Positions 57,246 through 58,916 of a stretch of DNA of 58,916 nucleotides are shown piece after piece. The stretch is taken from positions 1 through 58,916 of the IMG/VR virus record IMGVR_UViG_3300031227_000045; one strand, given 5' to 3'. Origin of the DNA: a virus. Taxonomy: Duplodnaviria > Caudoviricetes. Every line of letters begins with the position of its first letter. The stretch's first letter is position 1. The position numbers and the translations under genes were made by a program. Under the pieces are notes generated by a model that did no database searches, was not told the DNA's origin, and saw only the letters and a program-made list of their open reading frames with translations.

Positions 57246-57283
57246 CCCTCCCCCTCACTTGAGGGGGAGGGCCTTTTGCTTTT
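57246..57283 (+). terminator. intrinsic terminator
   Basis: CCCTCCCCCTC-ACTT-GAGGGGGAGGG then CCTTTTGCTTTT. Confidence 0.8.
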
Positions 57284-57765
57284 GGTATTCATCGTAAGTT
57301 GTTATTACATAAGGACTTACAACTCGTACTGCGTGACGTGACTTAACCTCTTGCTATCAAAGGCTTTACGTCGAATCGTCCTTAAGTGGGGGTTACATAG
57401 AGGGGTGAGTATCCCAGAGTACCCAGCTTATCTATACTACTCAAACAGCACACCTTGCCCAGTTGTCCCAGCTTAACTAGCTTCGTCCGCCGGGGGGTAT
57501 GTGCCCCTGCTAGCGAAGTACCTCTAATTATTTTTTGGAATCCCCATAGGTGGCAACCCCCTCTGAGGTAGTACAAATGGTAAGATGGGTAAGCTGCGCT
57601 AGATAGGTATGTTACTATGGGGTGTTTGGGTACATTAGGTTGACCTACCCCCCCGTACCGGAAACGGAAGTGTCCTTTACACCCGTTTGGGGGGGTGACG
57701 TGACGTAACCCCTTATGGCATAACGACTTACGACTACCCCTCCTATGGGTGGCATAGGCTAACCC

Positions 57766-57792
57766 TTGACTACCCCTGTATAATACTATAGA
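57766..57792 (+). promoter_or_regulatory. possible promoter for the second small-gene operon
   Basis: TTGACT and TATAAT/TACTAT hexamers are present, but spacing is non-canonical. Confidence 0.35.
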
Positions 57793-57866
57793 GGGGTTCG
57801 GGGGAGGCAGGGGGGTGAGTAAACCCCCCACCCGAACTACGGCACCCCACTAGAGGAGTACTCATT

Positions 57867-58208
57867 ATGGCGGAAACCCAGACCTGGAAGAGTGGGCAAG
57901 CTACGCAAGATACGCAAGCTCCGCGGTTCTGCGGCACTGCGTCGATTAGTCAAGCCATAGAATGTGGCGGGTATGGGAAAACCTGGGGGTTTTGGTACTT
58001 TGGGAAGAAAGACCAAGCCCCGCGATATAGGTGGGCTACGGTCCACCCCCCGACTGGGGACAAGCCCACCCTCGTGAGTGGTAGTCACTTCGTGGGGTAC
58101 GACCCCCACGCGAAAGATAGGAAGACTGGGGCGATTGGGGGGTTTAGGTTCTTCTACTTCGGAAAGATGGACGACCTTAGTCCTGTGGAGGGGTACTTCA
58201 CCCCCTAG
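57867..58208 (+). CDS. hypothetical protein (113 aa) with internal GFWYFGK/GFRFFYFGK repeat
   Basis: GAGGAG SD; structured leader at 57796-57837. Confidence 0.65.
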   Translation: MAETQTWKSGQATQDTQAPRFCGTASISQAIECGGYGKTWGFWYFGKKDQAPRYRWATVHPPTGDKPTLVSGSHFVGYDPHAKDRKTGAIGGFRFFYFGKMDDLSPVEGYFTP

Positions 58209-58226
58209 ACTGAGTAGTCCAAGTGG

Positions 58227-58285
58227 GGTGCCCCTCGCAAGAGGGGTGCCTCTCCCTGCCCCCCAGAGTAAGGGGTCAAAGAGAG
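58227..58285 (+). other. intergenic double-hairpin element, diverged copy 3
   Basis: GGTGCCCCTC-GCAA-GAGGGGTGCC followed by CTCTC..CCCC-AGAGTAA-GGGG..GAGAG. Confidence 0.65.
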
Positions 58286-58316
58286 TCAACAACACCCCCA
58301 CAAGAGGAGCATACAG

Positions 58317-58688
58317 ATGTTCAGCAACTCCGAGTTCGCCCAAATTACCGGCATCCCCCAAGATGCCATGGGTGCCCTGCCCCCCTTGGGTGCCCACCTT
58401 TGCAGGGAGCTGTCATTTGCCGAGTTTGCCCTATTTACCATCCCGGTGGTTGAGGTAAACGGGGCAACCCACGACCTCTGGGCTGTTAAGCGACAGTCGG
58501 CAACCCGCATGGGCCTGGATGCTCGCGGGGAAGAGGCAAGCTGGGCAAAAGAGGAAGAACGGAGAAGGAAGGAAAACCTTGCACACTACATCGAGTTGGC
58601 TGAAAAGGGGTTCTGCGACGGTGAGGAAGTCGAGGAACTTGAGGTAAGCCTGACCGACTGTGCCCTTCATAGGAAAGGGGAAGGTTAG
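58317..58688 (+). CDS. hypothetical protein (123 aa)
   Basis: GAGGAG SD; followed by a terminator. Confidence 0.65.
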   Translation: MFSNSEFAQITGIPQDAMGALPPLGAHLCRELSFAEFALFTIPVVEVNGATHDLWAVKRQSATRMGLDARGEEASWAKEEERRRKENLAHYIELAEKGFCDGEEVEELEVSLTDCALHRKGEG

Positions 58689-58704
58689 GCTAGTTGGGTA
58701 AGTC

Positions 58705-58728
58705 GCCCCCCGAAAGGGGGGCTTTTTT
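58705..58728 (+). terminator. intrinsic terminator
   Basis: GCCCCCC-GAAA-GGGGGGC-TTTTTT. Confidence 0.9.
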
Positions 58729-58810
58729 ATGTAGTCATCCTATTTGTCCCAGCTTAACTTGCTTCTTCCACCGGGGGGTGCGCCACCCTGCCAGCGAACT
58801 AGGGTGAGCA

Positions 58811-58883
58811 CACTTAGTGAAAATACACTAGGTGTGTTAGCACTACCGTAGTGTAGTAACACTTAGTGCGTTAGCACCTTGAG
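58811..58883. repeat. periodic CAC..GTG mini-palindromes
   Basis: CACTTAGTG (58811), CACTAGGTG (58826), CACTACCGTAGTG (58841), CACTTAGTG (58860), CACCTTGAG (58875); spacings 15,15,19,15. Confidence 0.7.
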
Positions 58884-58916
58884 TCGCCATAAGCCCTTTG
58901 ATAGCCTAGACTTAGG

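Larger units (their letters stand above)
57463..58798 (+). repeat. 55-bp imperfect direct repeat (57463-57517 and 58744-58798)
   Basis: TTGTCCCAGCTTAACT.GCTTC.TCC.CCGGGGGGT......CCCTGC.AGCGAA in both copies, each downstream of an operon terminator. Confidence 0.85.
56062..58915. repeat. six dispersed 27-bp spaced palindromes nTAA-N4-TT-N7-AA-N4-TTAn
   Basis: 56062-56088, 56140-56166, 57294-57320, 57343-57369, 57705-57731 and 58889-58915 (the last lacks the AA). Confidence 0.85.

Noticed and set aside
57382-58670. Minus-strand and alternative-frame ORFs (e.g. 57382..57831, 57837..58397, 58078..58458)
   Set aside because: They lack SD sites, run across hairpins and repeats, and shadow SD-supported + strand genes; expected in GC-rich DNA.
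55921-58916. CRISPR array or mini-array
   Set aside because: The repeats are tandem without spacers, or degenerate and irregularly spaced; no cas genes in the window.
1-58916. Host assignment (the gene set reminded me of putative Planctomycetota-associated phages)
   Set aside because: This is an impression only; it needs spacer matches or gene phylogenies (gmd, NAMPT, sigma) to support it.

Overview
A 58.9-kb fragment of a tailed dsDNA phage genome (Caudoviricetes). It is AT-rich overall and uses the standard code. It is probably siphovirus-like, since there is a 2178-aa tape measure protein and no recognisable sheath gene. Layout: (1) 1-8.2 kb, + strand: glycosyltransferase, nucleotidyltransferase and methyltransferase-like cluster, a Vsr-type endonuclease and a Rad52-like gene. 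(2) 8.3-50.0 kb, - strand: sigma-like factor, gmd, HNH and ERCC4 nucleases, intein-containing terminase, portal, protease/scaffold, decoration and major capsid proteins, a mosaic fibre/appendage region with two GC-rich foreign patches, neck, tail tube, chaperones, tape measure and tail tip. (3) 50.0-55.8 kb, + strand: sigma70-driven genes including NAMPT, a small structured micro-ORF unit, a C39-like peptidase and a GIY-YIG+HNH double nuclease. (4) 55.85-58.9 kb: an abruptly GC-richer modular region. It holds two small-gene operons punctuated by a conserved two-hairpin element and bracketed by six copies of a 27-bp spaced palindrome, a 55-bp direct repeat and short periodic repeats. Most notable: the cassette-like right-hand region, the double-Shine-Dalgarno micro-ORF RNA, a candidate phage late-promoter motif (RGTGTATW), a nested scaffold gene, and a nuclease-like insert in the tape measure protein. 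All product calls come from motif recognition by eye; no searches were run and the host cannot be established.
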